DNA of 64,000 nucleotides from Rickettsia typhi (GTDB lineage Bacteria; Pseudomonadota; Alphaproteobacteria; Rickettsiales; Deianiraeaceae): NCBI GenBank assembly GCA_945876965.1, contig CAMCQG010000001.1, positions 11,138 to 75,137 of the forward strand, read 5' to 3'. Shown piece by piece: positions 54,675 to 64,000 of this stretch (position 1 is its first letter; each line of letters starts with the position of its first letter). The notes under the pieces were generated by a model. It saw only the letters and a program-made list of their open reading frames with translations, ran no database searches and was not told where the DNA came from. The position numbers and the translations under genes were made by a program.

Positions 54675-56117
54675 TTAATATTTTCTTTTTTGATCCTTTG
54701 AATGATCTTTGTTAGCTGTGAGAGCGACAGATTGCATAACTTGAATATTATTATCCATATTTTTAATATTAGAAACTTTGCCAGAGATTGATGCTGTTAC
54801 CAACTCAAGTTCTCGTGTTAATTTGGTTGTTTGTTCCTTGGCCTTTGGTGAGTGCACAGCATCTAATTCATTATGTTGAGCAACAGCAGCGGAGTTCTTT
54901 TGATAATGCGTTACCGGATTATCCAATTCACCTGTTAATACCTCAATTTCTGTTTTGTTTTCTGCCTTTTTTTTCAACATTCTATCTCTTTTTTTATCCA
55001 AAGGATCTATTTTTTTTTTCAACTCAGATGCCCGGCTCAAATTATGTACCGCAATATATGGCAGAGTAAAAATAAGTCCGAAGCCAGTAAGCGATAATAA
55101 GAAAAGACCAATCTTTTTGAGAGTAGTCATTCCATTGGCCTTGTGATTCTCTTTAATATCTTCAATATCTTCTGTTAATGTTTCTATATTTTTTGTATGT
55201 TTTTTATTTTCAAGCTCCAATTCTTCTAGTTTTTTTTCTTTATTCAAAAATCCTTTCAGGTTCCTTTTCAAATGAAGTTGTAAACTTTCTTTATTTGTGT
55301 CACGAAGCATTTTTTCAGCCTCTTTTGATAATTGTATACGACTAGTTATATCATCAATTTCTTGATTAAGTAGAGAATATTTTGCATCACTAAATGCAGC
55401 AACAAGTCCATATTGCCTATCCTGATCTATTTTTGCTAGATTAACTTCAAGTGCTATATTATTTTGTGCTATATCTTGCATAGCATCCTGACGGGCATTA
55501 TCCAGATCTTTCTGATCAAGTTTATTTCTTATAGGTCTAGAAACGACTTCCCTAGCGTATTCATCATATAAAGCCTTGAGTTTGCCAGATTTATTTGCAT
55601 AATCATCAATCGCCCTTTTCTCTTTTCTCTCAAGCTCTTTATCAACACTTTCATTTTCATCGCCAGTCTCATTTTTTACATCGTCTGGATCTAAAAGACT
55701 TGGAAAGCTATTTTTATATTCGTCTATTTTTATAAATTCTTCTTTCAATTTGTTTTGTATATTGGGAGTGAATCGTGCAATATTACTCAGGATTACCCTT
55801 GCTAATATAGGATTCATATCTCCAACTTGCAGTTTGTTAGTATTATCATCTCTATAATTTTCTTTTATAAAAAATGATAATTTAGATATAATAATAGCAT
55901 CGATTTGAGACTTAATATCATTATCTGATACTGCCCCCTGAGAAGACATTTGTTCGCATAATTCATTTAATTCTTTTAGATTTGTTATTTCTTTATTCTT
56001 CACCGAAGCCTCATCCGTAGGCACAAACCCATTCGGGCCACCACTATTACTCATACTATCTTTTCCTAAATTATTTTTTCCTAAATTATCTTTTACAATA
56101 TCGCTACTATTTGTCAA
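54675..56117 (-). CDS. orphan coiled-coil protein with one central TM segment
   Basis: 480 aa, K/E/D-rich, with hydrophobic IGLFLLSLTGFGLIFTLPYIAV. No known domain recognised. Confidence 0.45.
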   Translation of the reverse strand: MTNSSDIVKDNLGKNNLGKDSMSNSGGPNGFVPTDEASVKNKEITNLKELNELCEQMSSQGAVSDNDIKSQIDAIIISKLSFFIKENYRDDNTNKLQVGDMNPILARVILSNIARFTPNIQNKLKEEFIKIDEYKNSFPSLLDPDDVKNETGDENESVDKELERKEKRAIDDYANKSGKLKALYDEYAREVVSRPIRNKLDQKDLDNARQDAMQDIAQNNIALEVNLAKIDQDRQYGLVAAFSDAKYSLLNQEIDDITSRIQLSKEAEKMLRDTNKESLQLHLKRNLKGFLNKEKKLEELELENKKHTKNIETLTEDIEDIKENHKANGMTTLKKIGLFLLSLTGFGLIFTLPYIAVHNLSRASELKKKIDPLDKKRDRMLKKKAENKTEIEVLTGELDNPVTHYQKNSAAVAQHNELDAVHSPKAKEQTTKLTRELELVTASISGKVSNIKNMDNNIQVMQSVALTANKDHSKDQKRKY

Positions 56118-56521
56118 GCTTTTTTTTCATCCCCAGGCGCATCAGTCTTCCCCGCAGTCCCCTCAGTCTTAGCCCCAATATTAGGCAAAGAATTGCTTCT
56201 TTCTCTTTTGCTATCTTCATTATTATTTTGTTTTGTAGCTTTAATTTTCTCAGCACTTAGCTCTTCTTCTATATATCTTTCTAATAATTTTTTTTTTACG
56301 CCTGCAAGCATTATAATTTCTTGGCTGTTATTAGAATCCTTTCCGGTACCAGTGCCTGTTGCAGTATTCGTTATAATTGGGGTCTTATTATTATTCACAA
56401 TAAATTGTAATCTTTTTTTTAAGTTTATTAATCTACGAGATTCCTTGTCATCATTAATAATACCATCTATCTTTTGTTTTAATTGCCTATATTCTTGTTC
56501 TGGATTTGCTTCAGTGGGCAT
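56114..56521 (-). CDS. orphan charged protein
   Basis: 135 aa, with a 4-nt overlap to the downstream ORF that suggests co-translation. Confidence 0.4.
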   Translation of the reverse strand: MPTEANPEQEYRQLKQKIDGIINDDKESRRLINLKKRLQFIVNNNKTPIITNTATGTGTGKDSNNSQEIIMLAGVKKKLLERYIEEELSAEKIKATKQNNNEDSKRERSNSLPNIGAKTEGTAGKTDAPGDEKKA

Positions 56522-56676
56522 TAAGTAATATAAAATTAATTATCTAAACCAATAATGTAATAAAAATAAAATAATTTATACAAACACAAAAACAACAATT
56601 ATTTATAAAATTGACTTTTATTAATTTATGCATTTATTATTGCATATTAATGTGATAATAATAGTATATAAACAAT

Positions 56677-58698
56677 ATGTCAACAAAAATAAAAAAAATA
56701 CTAATAGCCAACAGAGGTGAAATTGCCATAAGAATTATGCACACCGCAAAAAAGTTAGGAATAAAAACAGTTGCAATATATTCAACCGCAGATGCCAATG
56801 CAAAATTTGTGGGTGAAGCTGATGAAAAATTTCATATATCTGGCTTTACATCCAAAGAAACATATTTGGACATTGCAAAAGTTATGGAGGCAGTCAAAAT
56901 AACAGGCAGTGATGCTGTTCACCCCGGATATGGATTTTTATCAGAAAAAGCCGATTTTGTAAGAGCCTGCGACAAAGCTGGAATTATATTTATTGGGCCT
57001 GCCGCACATTCGATGGATTCTATGGGAGATAAAATAAAAGCAAAAACTGCGGCAATAAAAGCTGGAGTTCCTGTGGTTCCCGGTGTTGTTGGCAAACTTG
57101 ACATTGAAAATGGTTTTGATGATATAATTAGAAAAATCGGCTTCCCTATGATTATCAAAGCCGCAAGTGGTGGCGGAGGCAAAGGAATGAAAATTGTATA
57201 TGAAGAATCTGCCCTAAAAGACGCAGCAATCTCTGCCAAAAACGAAGCTCGCAACAGCTTTGGCGATGACACAATTTTTATAGAAAAATACATCGAAAGA
57301 CCTCGCCACATTGAAGTGCAAATTTTAGCTGATAAATATGGCAATGTTGTTTGTTTGGGAGAAAGAGAATGTTCAATTCAAAGGTTTAATCAAAAAGTTA
57401 TCGAAGAAGCTCCAAGCTCGTTTTTAACAGAAAAAATGCGTGCCGAAATGTATAAAGTTTCTAGCAGTTTAGCCAAAGAATGTGGATATTTTTCGGCAGG
57501 AACAATTGAATACATTGCCGACCAAAACAAAAATTTTTATTTTTTAGAAATGAACACCCGTTTGCAAGTTGAACACCCTGTGACAGAATATATCACTGGC
57601 TTAGATTTGGTTGAACAAATGATTAAAATTGCCGAAGGTGAAAAATTACAAATGAAACAAAAAGATATAAAATTGCAAGGCTGGGCGTTTGAAAGCAGAA
57701 TTTGCGCCGAAGATCCAAGCAAAAACTTTATGCCATCTGTTGGTAGAATTACCGAATATCAAGAACCAGAAATAAATTATAATGTTAGAGTTGATAGCGG
57801 GGTTGAAAAAGGGTCAGAAGTATCCCCATATTATGACGCTATGATTGCCAAAGTTATTACATATGGTGACTCACGAACCGAAGCAATTATGCAAATGCGA
57901 AAAGCATTAAGTCAATTTCAAATCGATGGAATATCAACAAATATCAGCATGATTGAAGCAATTATGCGTCATGAAAAATTTGTTCGTGGAGACATATCAA
58001 CTTGGTTTATAAAAGAAGAATATCCTGACAATTTTAAAGGAATTGAAATAGATAACGACACAAGCAAATTATTTATTTTATCTGCAACAGCTATTCATTT
58101 AGCATATGAAAAAAAATATTCTTCAACCAAAAATAAATCCAGAATAATGCAAGATACCCTATTGCAATCGGGCAGTGATTCGTTGGTAATAATAATAGAT
58201 GAACAACAATATATTGTTGAACATAAAACCGAATTCAATAACGAAGAAACCATCACAACTGTTAAATATGGCGGTAAAAATATTGTTTTAAAACACAAAT
58301 ATCATGCTGGCGATCGTGTTATAACTGGCGAACTTGATGGAGAAATCTTATCGCTTAAAGTATCATATTCTGTGACTGGCAGATATAAAATGTCTACCGG
58401 TGGCGTTTCAAAAGATGTATGCGTTTATCCATTGCATATTGCCGAACTATTAAAACACATACCAAACTCTCACGACGATGTTATGTCTGATGAACTTTTT
58501 GCACCAATTACTGGCTCTGTTGTAAAAATAAAAGTTGCAGTTGGGGATAAAGTTGTTATAGGGCAAGAACTTTTTATAATTGAGGCTATGAAAATGGAAA
58601 ATATAATAGTTTCTGAAAGAAATGGTGTAATTGCCGATATTAAATGCCAAGAAAAAGATAATGTCGGACACGGTGATTTAATTATAACATATCTATAA
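56677..58698 (+). CDS. pccA: acyl-CoA carboxylase alpha subunit (biotin carboxylase + BCCP), probably propionyl-CoA carboxylase
   Basis: ILIANRGEIAIRI, GGGGKGMKIV, EMNTRLQVEHPVTE, and the C-terminal biotinylation motif EAMKMEN. Confidence 0.85.
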   Translation: MSTKIKKILIANRGEIAIRIMHTAKKLGIKTVAIYSTADANAKFVGEADEKFHISGFTSKETYLDIAKVMEAVKITGSDAVHPGYGFLSEKADFVRACDKAGIIFIGPAAHSMDSMGDKIKAKTAAIKAGVPVVPGVVGKLDIENGFDDIIRKIGFPMIIKAASGGGGKGMKIVYEESALKDAAISAKNEARNSFGDDTIFIEKYIERPRHIEVQILADKYGNVVCLGERECSIQRFNQKVIEEAPSSFLTEKMRAEMYKVSSSLAKECGYFSAGTIEYIADQNKNFYFLEMNTRLQVEHPVTEYITGLDLVEQMIKIAEGEKLQMKQKDIKLQGWAFESRICAEDPSKNFMPSVGRITEYQEPEINYNVRVDSGVEKGSEVSPYYDAMIAKVITYGDSRTEAIMQMRKALSQFQIDGISTNISMIEAIMRHEKFVRGDISTWFIKEEYPDNFKGIEIDNDTSKLFILSATAIHLAYEKKYSSTKNKSRIMQDTLLQSGSDSLVIIIDEQQYIVEHKTEFNNEETITTVKYGGKNIVLKHKYHAGDRVITGELDGEILSLKVSYSVTGRYKMSTGGVSKDVCVYPLHIAELLKHIPNSHDDVMSDELFAPITGSVVKIKVAVGDKVVIGQELFIIEAMKMENIIVSERNGVIADIKCQEKDNVGHGDLIITYL

Positions 58699-58710
58699 TA
58701 TTAATTAATT

Positions 58711-59694
58711 TTAAATTCCAAAATTAATATTTTTTGGTTTTGTATGTAATGGTTTTTTTGTACCTATAACAAAAAGATTTTTATCATTTATAGTTGGTTT
58801 GGGGGGAAAGATTTTTTTTTGATTATTTTCTGCACTTTTTATACTCGGCAATTTTGTATATTCTTTATGTGATGTATCATTCACGCTGGCAGATCTTCTT
58901 TCTATTTTAGGTAAAAAAGGCTTGCTTTTATCAAGCCAAGCTTCTACTCTTTGCTTAGAATTGCTGTAATTGTATTCATCCCCAACTAATGGTTTTTTAT
59001 TTTTTTCTAGTTCATAAAAATCTATCAATTCATCTGGATCTAAAAGCATAAACATTATATCAAAATCTAAATATTCTGTTCGTTTTTTGTTCAAATATAT
59101 ACGATTATTCTGAATCATATCAAGAAAATAACCATCTTTATGCATATCTTTTATTGCTTCTTGCAATTTAGATAGCTGCTGAACAAAAAAACTATCAAAA
59201 TCGCTTAAATCATTAGTATTTAATGCATCTTTTAGCCTATCTTCGCTGCACCCCATTATGCCATTTCGGATTATGCGAACATTTTCTTTGTTTGCTGTGG
59301 TTGTGTCAAATTTACAGCATTCATAGATATTTTTATACCTTATATGAGTTCTGTGTTCTTCAAGATAGAGTTTTAATAATTCATCTTGATATTTTTTGTA
59401 ATCTGGGTGCGATGTATTGAAATAATTTGTATGTTTTTCTTGATAATTTTTAACATATAGTAATATCTTATAGAGTTTATGGCGTGTATCGCCCATTTCT
59501 GGTGGCTGAGTTAAACCTAAAGCTAAATATACATATTTAGCTTTAGATACATCCGGAAGAGATTCCAGCCATTCTTTATATCCAATTTTACCTTCATCTG
59601 CTATATCCGAATTCTTTATAAAATCTAGATATTTCTCTGGAATATTGTGAAAAAATTCATCAATTGTATCTTTTAGTTCTGTTTTTTTGTTCAT
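58711..59694 (-). CDS. orphan protein, last gene of an orphan operon
   Basis: 327-aa ORF. Its ATG overlaps the upstream stop (ATGA at 59691-59694). Confidence 0.45.
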   Translation of the reverse strand: MNKKTELKDTIDEFFHNIPEKYLDFIKNSDIADEGKIGYKEWLESLPDVSKAKYVYLALGLTQPPEMGDTRHKLYKILLYVKNYQEKHTNYFNTSHPDYKKYQDELLKLYLEEHRTHIRYKNIYECCKFDTTTANKENVRIIRNGIMGCSEDRLKDALNTNDLSDFDSFFVQQLSKLQEAIKDMHKDGYFLDMIQNNRIYLNKKRTEYLDFDIMFMLLDPDELIDFYELEKNKKPLVGDEYNYSNSKQRVEAWLDKSKPFLPKIERRSASVNDTSHKEYTKLPSIKSAENNQKKIFPPKPTINDKNLFVIGTKKPLHTKPKNINFGI

Positions 59695-61223
59695 ATGTTA
59701 TTTTTTTTACTTAAATCTGAAGCTTCTTTTAACAGTCTTGTTTGTGCACTTTTTTGCCTAAGACCATTAATACTATTATTAATGGAATTGTCTGGCAAAA
59801 AAGATTTTGGTTGACGGACTTGTGGTAATAATGATTTTCTTGGCTTTGGTTCTGGTTTTGTTGGTTTTGTAGGGGTATATATCTTGCTTCTATTTCGTTT
59901 ATATATAGATGGTATATTATCTGGTGTAATAAAATTATTACTTTCAAAACTTCTGCTTGTTCGTATTGTTTCTATAGAGCTAACACGACTTGCAAGAGGT
60001 CTATCAATATGTCTTTTATTTTTTACCATCTCCCTTAATAAATCTTCTATTATTTTCAGATCAATATTCAATACATTTGTGTGATATCTATTAACAAATT
60101 CGGCAGTGGATTTTAAAGATTCAACTTTGTTATTTAACCAAATTATATTCTCTTGTTTTTGATCAATTTTGTCTGTCATGTTGGCAAGTTCTGCAAACAT
60201 AGCAGCTTGTATATCTTTATAACTGCCAGCATTAACAAAATGATTATCGGCTGTTAATGAGGCATCATAAACAAAAACACCATCTTTAAAAGCATCTTGC
60301 CCTAAAAAACATAACATTGGCAACATTTTTTTTATGCCATTTTTTGTTAAAAGTGCATTTTTGGCAAAATTGTTGTTTGAGTTTTTGTTATATTTTTCAA
60401 TACCTTTTACATAAAAACAAACTTTGCTAATTGGAGCATCATCGCCACCACAAAAGTCGGTTGGTTTTGTTGGTGTTTTTAAATTGCTAAAACTAGCAAC
60501 AAGTTCGTTATTTTGCCCTTTGTTTGTGTTTTGTATAATCTCTTCAAAATAATTTTGATTTGATTGATTTTCTCCCTGCTCCCAATTATCTCCGTGAACA
60601 TATAATTTACCATCTTCACCTTCCTTTGATAACTCTTTTACTTTTTCTCCTTTATCATTTGTTTTTTCAATTGTGTCGTTAAAATATCTCAAACCAATAT
60701 ATCTATACCCACCGCAATCCGATTTGAAAGATTGTTTTTGTTTATCGTGACTTGCAAAAAATTGAGTAAGCAACATGTCTGGAACAATTTGTGCAAATGT
60801 TTTAAACTTTGCCATTGTTGCTCCATTTTCTATGTAATAAGGTGATTTTGAGTTGTTTTTATTTTTTTTAGCCAATTCTTCTAAATCACAATATATTCGT
60901 TGACTTTTTTCTTCTATGTTGAAACTATTTATAATCTTTTCATTAATTGTCTTATTAAGTTCTTCAAATTTTTTGTTTAATTTTAAAATATCATATTTTA
61001 TTTTTGCCGGATGATTATCTGCTAATTTGTCAATTCTGTGAGTACAATCTTCTTTGGTTTTTGCACCTTTCATAACTTCGTCAAGCTTTGTTTTTGCCTC
61101 GGTTGAAGAAACGCGATTGTCTGCTAATTTGTTGCAAAGTTGTTTTTGTTTTTCAATATTGCTAATTATTTCATCAACAATCGCAGGGTCAAGTTGCCCC
61201 CCCAACACTTTTTGCAATATCAT
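59691..61223 (-). CDS. orphan protein (C-terminal portion of a gene split at a G7 tract); basic, proline-rich tail
   Basis: 510-aa ORF whose frame joins 61189-61761 if one G of the G7 run (61197-61203) is removed. It is a paralogue of 22143-22931. Confidence 0.5.
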   Translation of the reverse strand: MILQKVLGGQLDPAIVDEIISNIEKQKQLCNKLADNRVSSTEAKTKLDEVMKGAKTKEDCTHRIDKLADNHPAKIKYDILKLNKKFEELNKTINEKIINSFNIEEKSQRIYCDLEELAKKNKNNSKSPYYIENGATMAKFKTFAQIVPDMLLTQFFASHDKQKQSFKSDCGGYRYIGLRYFNDTIEKTNDKGEKVKELSKEGEDGKLYVHGDNWEQGENQSNQNYFEEIIQNTNKGQNNELVASFSNLKTPTKPTDFCGGDDAPISKVCFYVKGIEKYNKNSNNNFAKNALLTKNGIKKMLPMLCFLGQDAFKDGVFVYDASLTADNHFVNAGSYKDIQAAMFAELANMTDKIDQKQENIIWLNNKVESLKSTAEFVNRYHTNVLNIDLKIIEDLLREMVKNKRHIDRPLASRVSSIETIRTSRSFESNNFITPDNIPSIYKRNRSKIYTPTKPTKPEPKPRKSLLPQVRQPKSFLPDNSINNSINGLRQKSAQTRLLKEASDLSKKNNI

Positions 61224-61761
61224 TATTTATGATGTTTATTTTTTCTATTAAAAATTCTCTATATTTTGCAAGTGCATATTCTGAATCCATATCTATATGG
61301 GGAATTACATAATGCTCAACATTACTTGTCATTCCATCGGTTGGTGCACCTGATAATACATTTAAATTTTGATTATTTTTATTTACCACAAAAAATAAGT
61401 CTCCTTCTCCACCAAATGGATTGATAATATCTTTGCTGATTAAAGCTGATGACAAAAATGTTCTGTCTGGATTTTCTGTTATTTGGCTATTTTGCAAAAA
61501 AATATTATTTAATTGTGATTTTTTATGCTCATCTTTTAATATTTTATCAACACTTTTATATCTTGTTATTACATTATCCAAATCATTTCTGCTATCTTCA
61601 CCTTCTATTTTTGCCAATGTATCAAGTGCTACATTTTTTGCACTTTGCATAAATGGGGCAAAAATTTTATTACCCTCCGAATCCGCAAAACACAAATCTA
61701 AATCGTTCATTTTGCTAAATATTAAGCCTTTTATTACAACTAGATAATATTTTACAAACAA
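61189..61761 (-). CDS. orphan protein (N-terminal portion of the split gene)
   Basis: 190-aa ORF ending GGG GGG GCA ACT TGA. It is a paralogue of 21373-21837. Confidence 0.5.
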   Translation of the reverse strand: MFVKYYLVVIKGLIFSKMNDLDLCFADSEGNKIFAPFMQSAKNVALDTLAKIEGEDSRNDLDNVITRYKSVDKILKDEHKKSQLNNIFLQNSQITENPDRTFLSSALISKDIINPFGGEGDLFFVVNKNNQNLNVLSGAPTDGMTSNVEHYVIPHIDMDSEYALAKYREFLIEKINIINNDIAKSVGGAT

Positions 61762-61800
61762 AAGTCAATACAAAATATTTTTGTAGATTAGCTAAATTAA

Positions 61801-64000
61801 TTATCTAACAAAAGCCGATAATTTACCAGGAATAACAATTTCGAGCGTAAATGCTTTTTTGGCTTCACGGAGATTATCTTGATAAATTTGAGATATTCTA
61901 TGTATTGCAGGACTTTCTGGGAATTTCTTATTTTCGATTGCAGATATTGCTTTATATATAATAGAATTTTCTCTTGCTTTTTTAATATCAAAACTATCAA
62001 ATTTCTCTGTTTTATTTTTTGTAATTATATCGTATAAATCAGGGGTATTAATAATTGTATATATTGTGCCCTGCAAAGCAAGCATTCTTTCTGCTTTTTT
62101 CATATCATCATCCGTTGGTTTATCAAAAAAACAGTCATCATAAATTGTGTTTAATATGTTATCAAGCTGCTTATTATTAACTGGATCGTTTGCCGACGAA
62201 AACAACGATATTACATTGTTAGTAAGCATTCCTGCCGAGCCTAAAAATCTAAAAAATAATGTTTGATTATCTTGAATAGATTTTACAAAATTCATTCCAA
62301 GAACTGCGGTTAAACCAAATGTATTGCCTATTGCACCTCTGGCAATATTTAATAAATCGCCTTTTTGATAACCATTTTGTATGGCATTTAAAGTAGGCTT
62401 TGTAAGCTGTGCCGCATATGAGCCACCAAGTTGTGCTAACGATCCTGCCAAGCCTATTTGTTTATTAAAACCATTAGATGCAATTGATAATCCTTCGTTA
62501 AGAACCAAACCTAGCGATGATATAAAATCTGCTACTCTTACAGCATTATCATTGTTATGATAATCCCAAACACCATCATCTATTGTTATAATTTTTTTTT
62601 GCTTTAAAAAATCAAATGTTTTTTCATATTGGGGATAATTCTCTGTTAAGCGAAAATAATCATCTTCGTTAAGTTTTAAATTACCCTTAATATTATTCAA
62701 CAAAAGATTTACCGAGCCCATCATACTTTCTAATTTTTGCGCCTCATCTTGTGTTTTAATATTTTGATTTGCCCAAGATGGAAACAACGACAAACAACCC
62801 ATCATAACTTTATTTGCAATTTCTTTTGTTTGTCCGCTAAAACCAATGTCACCAATATTGGTCAAACCAACCCCCGCAACAAGCGTCATGCCTGTCATAA
62901 ACTCTGACCATTCAGTCTTATATTCCTGCTCATTTATCGATGTTAAAATATTTTTATTAGAATATTTATCCTGTTTTAATAGTTTTTCCTCTTGACGCAA
63001 AAGATTCTGAGATGTTTCTGCTATCATATCTGCCAACTCATATTGCTCAATTTGTAATGGTGTTGCTAATCTTGCGCTCATATTATCATAGCAATTTCTT
63101 GCTCCATAAAAAAACATACCAGGAATTATACCAGCAATACCACGAAAACCTTGTTCTACGGCTGTTTTTATTGCAATTTTGGTTTTATCAGATAAAGTAA
63201 TGGTATCGGCGTCATCGAACATATTTGTATTTGCCACTTTTTCTATATAATCTTTGATATATTTATTACTTGGTGATATACGCAAAGCTTTTGTAAAAAT
63301 ATCAATATCCTTTTGTCTTTGTTTGCATAGCTCTTTTCTCATTAAATAATCTGATATTGCACAAGATAAAGTTATTCCTGTGGTTGTAATTGCACCAGTA
63401 TAATTAATTTTAGCAGGTAATCTATCTTTTAAAATTGCCAAACTTTCGTTTAGTTCTTTAATTAATTCGTTATTACTAAATCTTTGATATAATTCAGATA
63501 CTTTTTTAGACAAATCATTAATATTTTCGTTATTAATACCAGCTTTAATAATATCGTTAATAGTATCTTTAATAGGATTAACATTAATAGCATCTGCAAC
63601 AGGGTTAATACGGCCTCTATTGGGTCCACTACCACCAATAAAGCTTACCCCTTGAGATTTTAGCATTTCTAATTTATTATTATTTATTGCGGTTAAATCT
63701 TCTGATACCCCATTAAATAATTTTTTTACAACTTCTATTTTATCTTTATTTTCAACATACTCCTCCGTCATTGGAACCAAGCTAATAATCATGGCAAACA
63801 GATTGGCGACACCAAAAATATTATTATTTTCATAATTTATGATTTTGCTTGGTTTTTCTTTATCTTTTTCCCAGTCGTTAAAATTTTTACCAAATTCCTT
63901 TTGTACTGTTTGCGTAATTATATTCTCTGCTTTTGAATAATGTTCGCAAAAAGATTTAATAATACTAAGCTTATTATTATAAACATCAATATCGCTTACT
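61801..64000 (-). CDS. large orphan protein, partial (extends beyond the window end)
   Basis: The track gives 61801-63792. I read the same frame from 63793 to 63999 and found no stop (...EFGKNFNDWEKDKEKPSKIINYENNNIFGVANLFA-MIISLVP), so the real start is probably outside the window. Confidence 0.5.
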   Translation of the reverse strand, partial: VSDIDVYNNKLSIIKSFCEHYSKAENIITQTVQKEFGKNFNDWEKDKEKPSKIINYENNNIFGVANLFAMIISLVPMTEEYVENKDKIEVVKKLFNGVSEDLTAINNNKLEMLKSQGVSFIGGSGPNRGRINPVADAINVNPIKDTINDIIKAGINNENINDLSKKVSELYQRFSNNELIKELNESLAILKDRLPAKINYTGAITTTGITLSCAISDYLMRKELCKQRQKDIDIFTKALRISPSNKYIKDYIEKVANTNMFDDADTITLSDKTKIAIKTAVEQGFRGIAGIIPGMFFYGARNCYDNMSARLATPLQIEQYELADMIAETSQNLLRQEEKLLKQDKYSNKNILTSINEQEYKTEWSEFMTGMTLVAGVGLTNIGDIGFSGQTKEIANKVMMGCLSLFPSWANQNIKTQDEAQKLESMMGSVNLLLNNIKGNLKLNEDDYFRLTENYPQYEKTFDFLKQKKIITIDDGVWDYHNNDNAVRVADFISSLGLVLNEGLSIASNGFNKQIGLAGSLAQLGGSYAAQLTKPTLNAIQNGYQKGDLLNIARGAIGNTFGLTAVLGMNFVKSIQDNQTLFFRFLGSAGMLTNNVISLFSSANDPVNNKQLDNILNTIYDDCFFDKPTDDDMKKAERMLALQGTIYTIINTPDLYDIITKNKTEKFDSFDIKKARENSIIYKAISAIENKKFPESPAIHRISQIYQDNLREAKKAFTLEIVIPGKLSAFVR

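Noticed and set aside
54675-56117. An Inc-like bilobed hydrophobic domain (inclusion-membrane protein) in the 480-aa coiled-coil protein.
   Set aside because: The hydrophobic stretch is only about 21 residues (IGLFLLSLTGFGLIFTLPYIAV). That is a single TM helix, not the roughly 40-residue bilobed hairpin.

Overview
This is an AT-rich, gene-dense 64-kb chromosomal segment (GC judged by eye, not computed). Its gene content fits an obligate intracellular alphaproteobacterium of the Rickettsiales/Holosporales type: an orphan virB9, singly scattered nuoF/nuoK/nuoJ, acnA/icd/mdh, ubiA/coq7, pccA, an IalB-like protein and DUF1640. The standard genetic code applies, since TGA acts as a stop (for example in acnA). 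I support about 60 coding regions and one tRNA-Gly(GCC). I saw no rRNA, CRISPR array, transposase or integrase. Conserved housekeeping genes are interleaved with accessory, eukaryote-targeting or defence-like genes. The main leads are: (1) A 1.2-kb cassette carrying a stand-alone RelA/SpoT-domain gene (candidate fused toxSAS) is bounded by 85-bp direct repeats of the acnA 3' end and overlaps the acnA stop. (2) A small accessory islet lies between adk and mnmA. It holds a beta-class DNA methyltransferase fused to an Mrr-like nuclease domain, a CE-clan (Ulp1/YopJ-like) protease gene broken by one in-frame TAA, and a NYN-domain protein. (3) A single-polypeptide type IIG-like nuclease/N6-methyltransferase sits next to a Panacea (DUF4065) antitoxin-like gene, which is tightly coupled to a small transmembrane protein (putative PanAT pair). 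(4) There is an LRR protein with an IpaH-type NEL E3-ligase domain, and an exported eukaryote-type phosphagen (arginine) kinase. (5) A 2.5-kb four-ORF insert is flanked by a DUF488 gene and a deleted remnant copy of it. Its ORFs are shorter paralogues of a large orphan gene at 59.7-61.8 kb, which is itself split by a G7 homopolymer. (6) There is a coiled-coil protein with a collagen-like GXY run. All functional calls rest on motifs read by eye and recalled family signatures. No database search was run.
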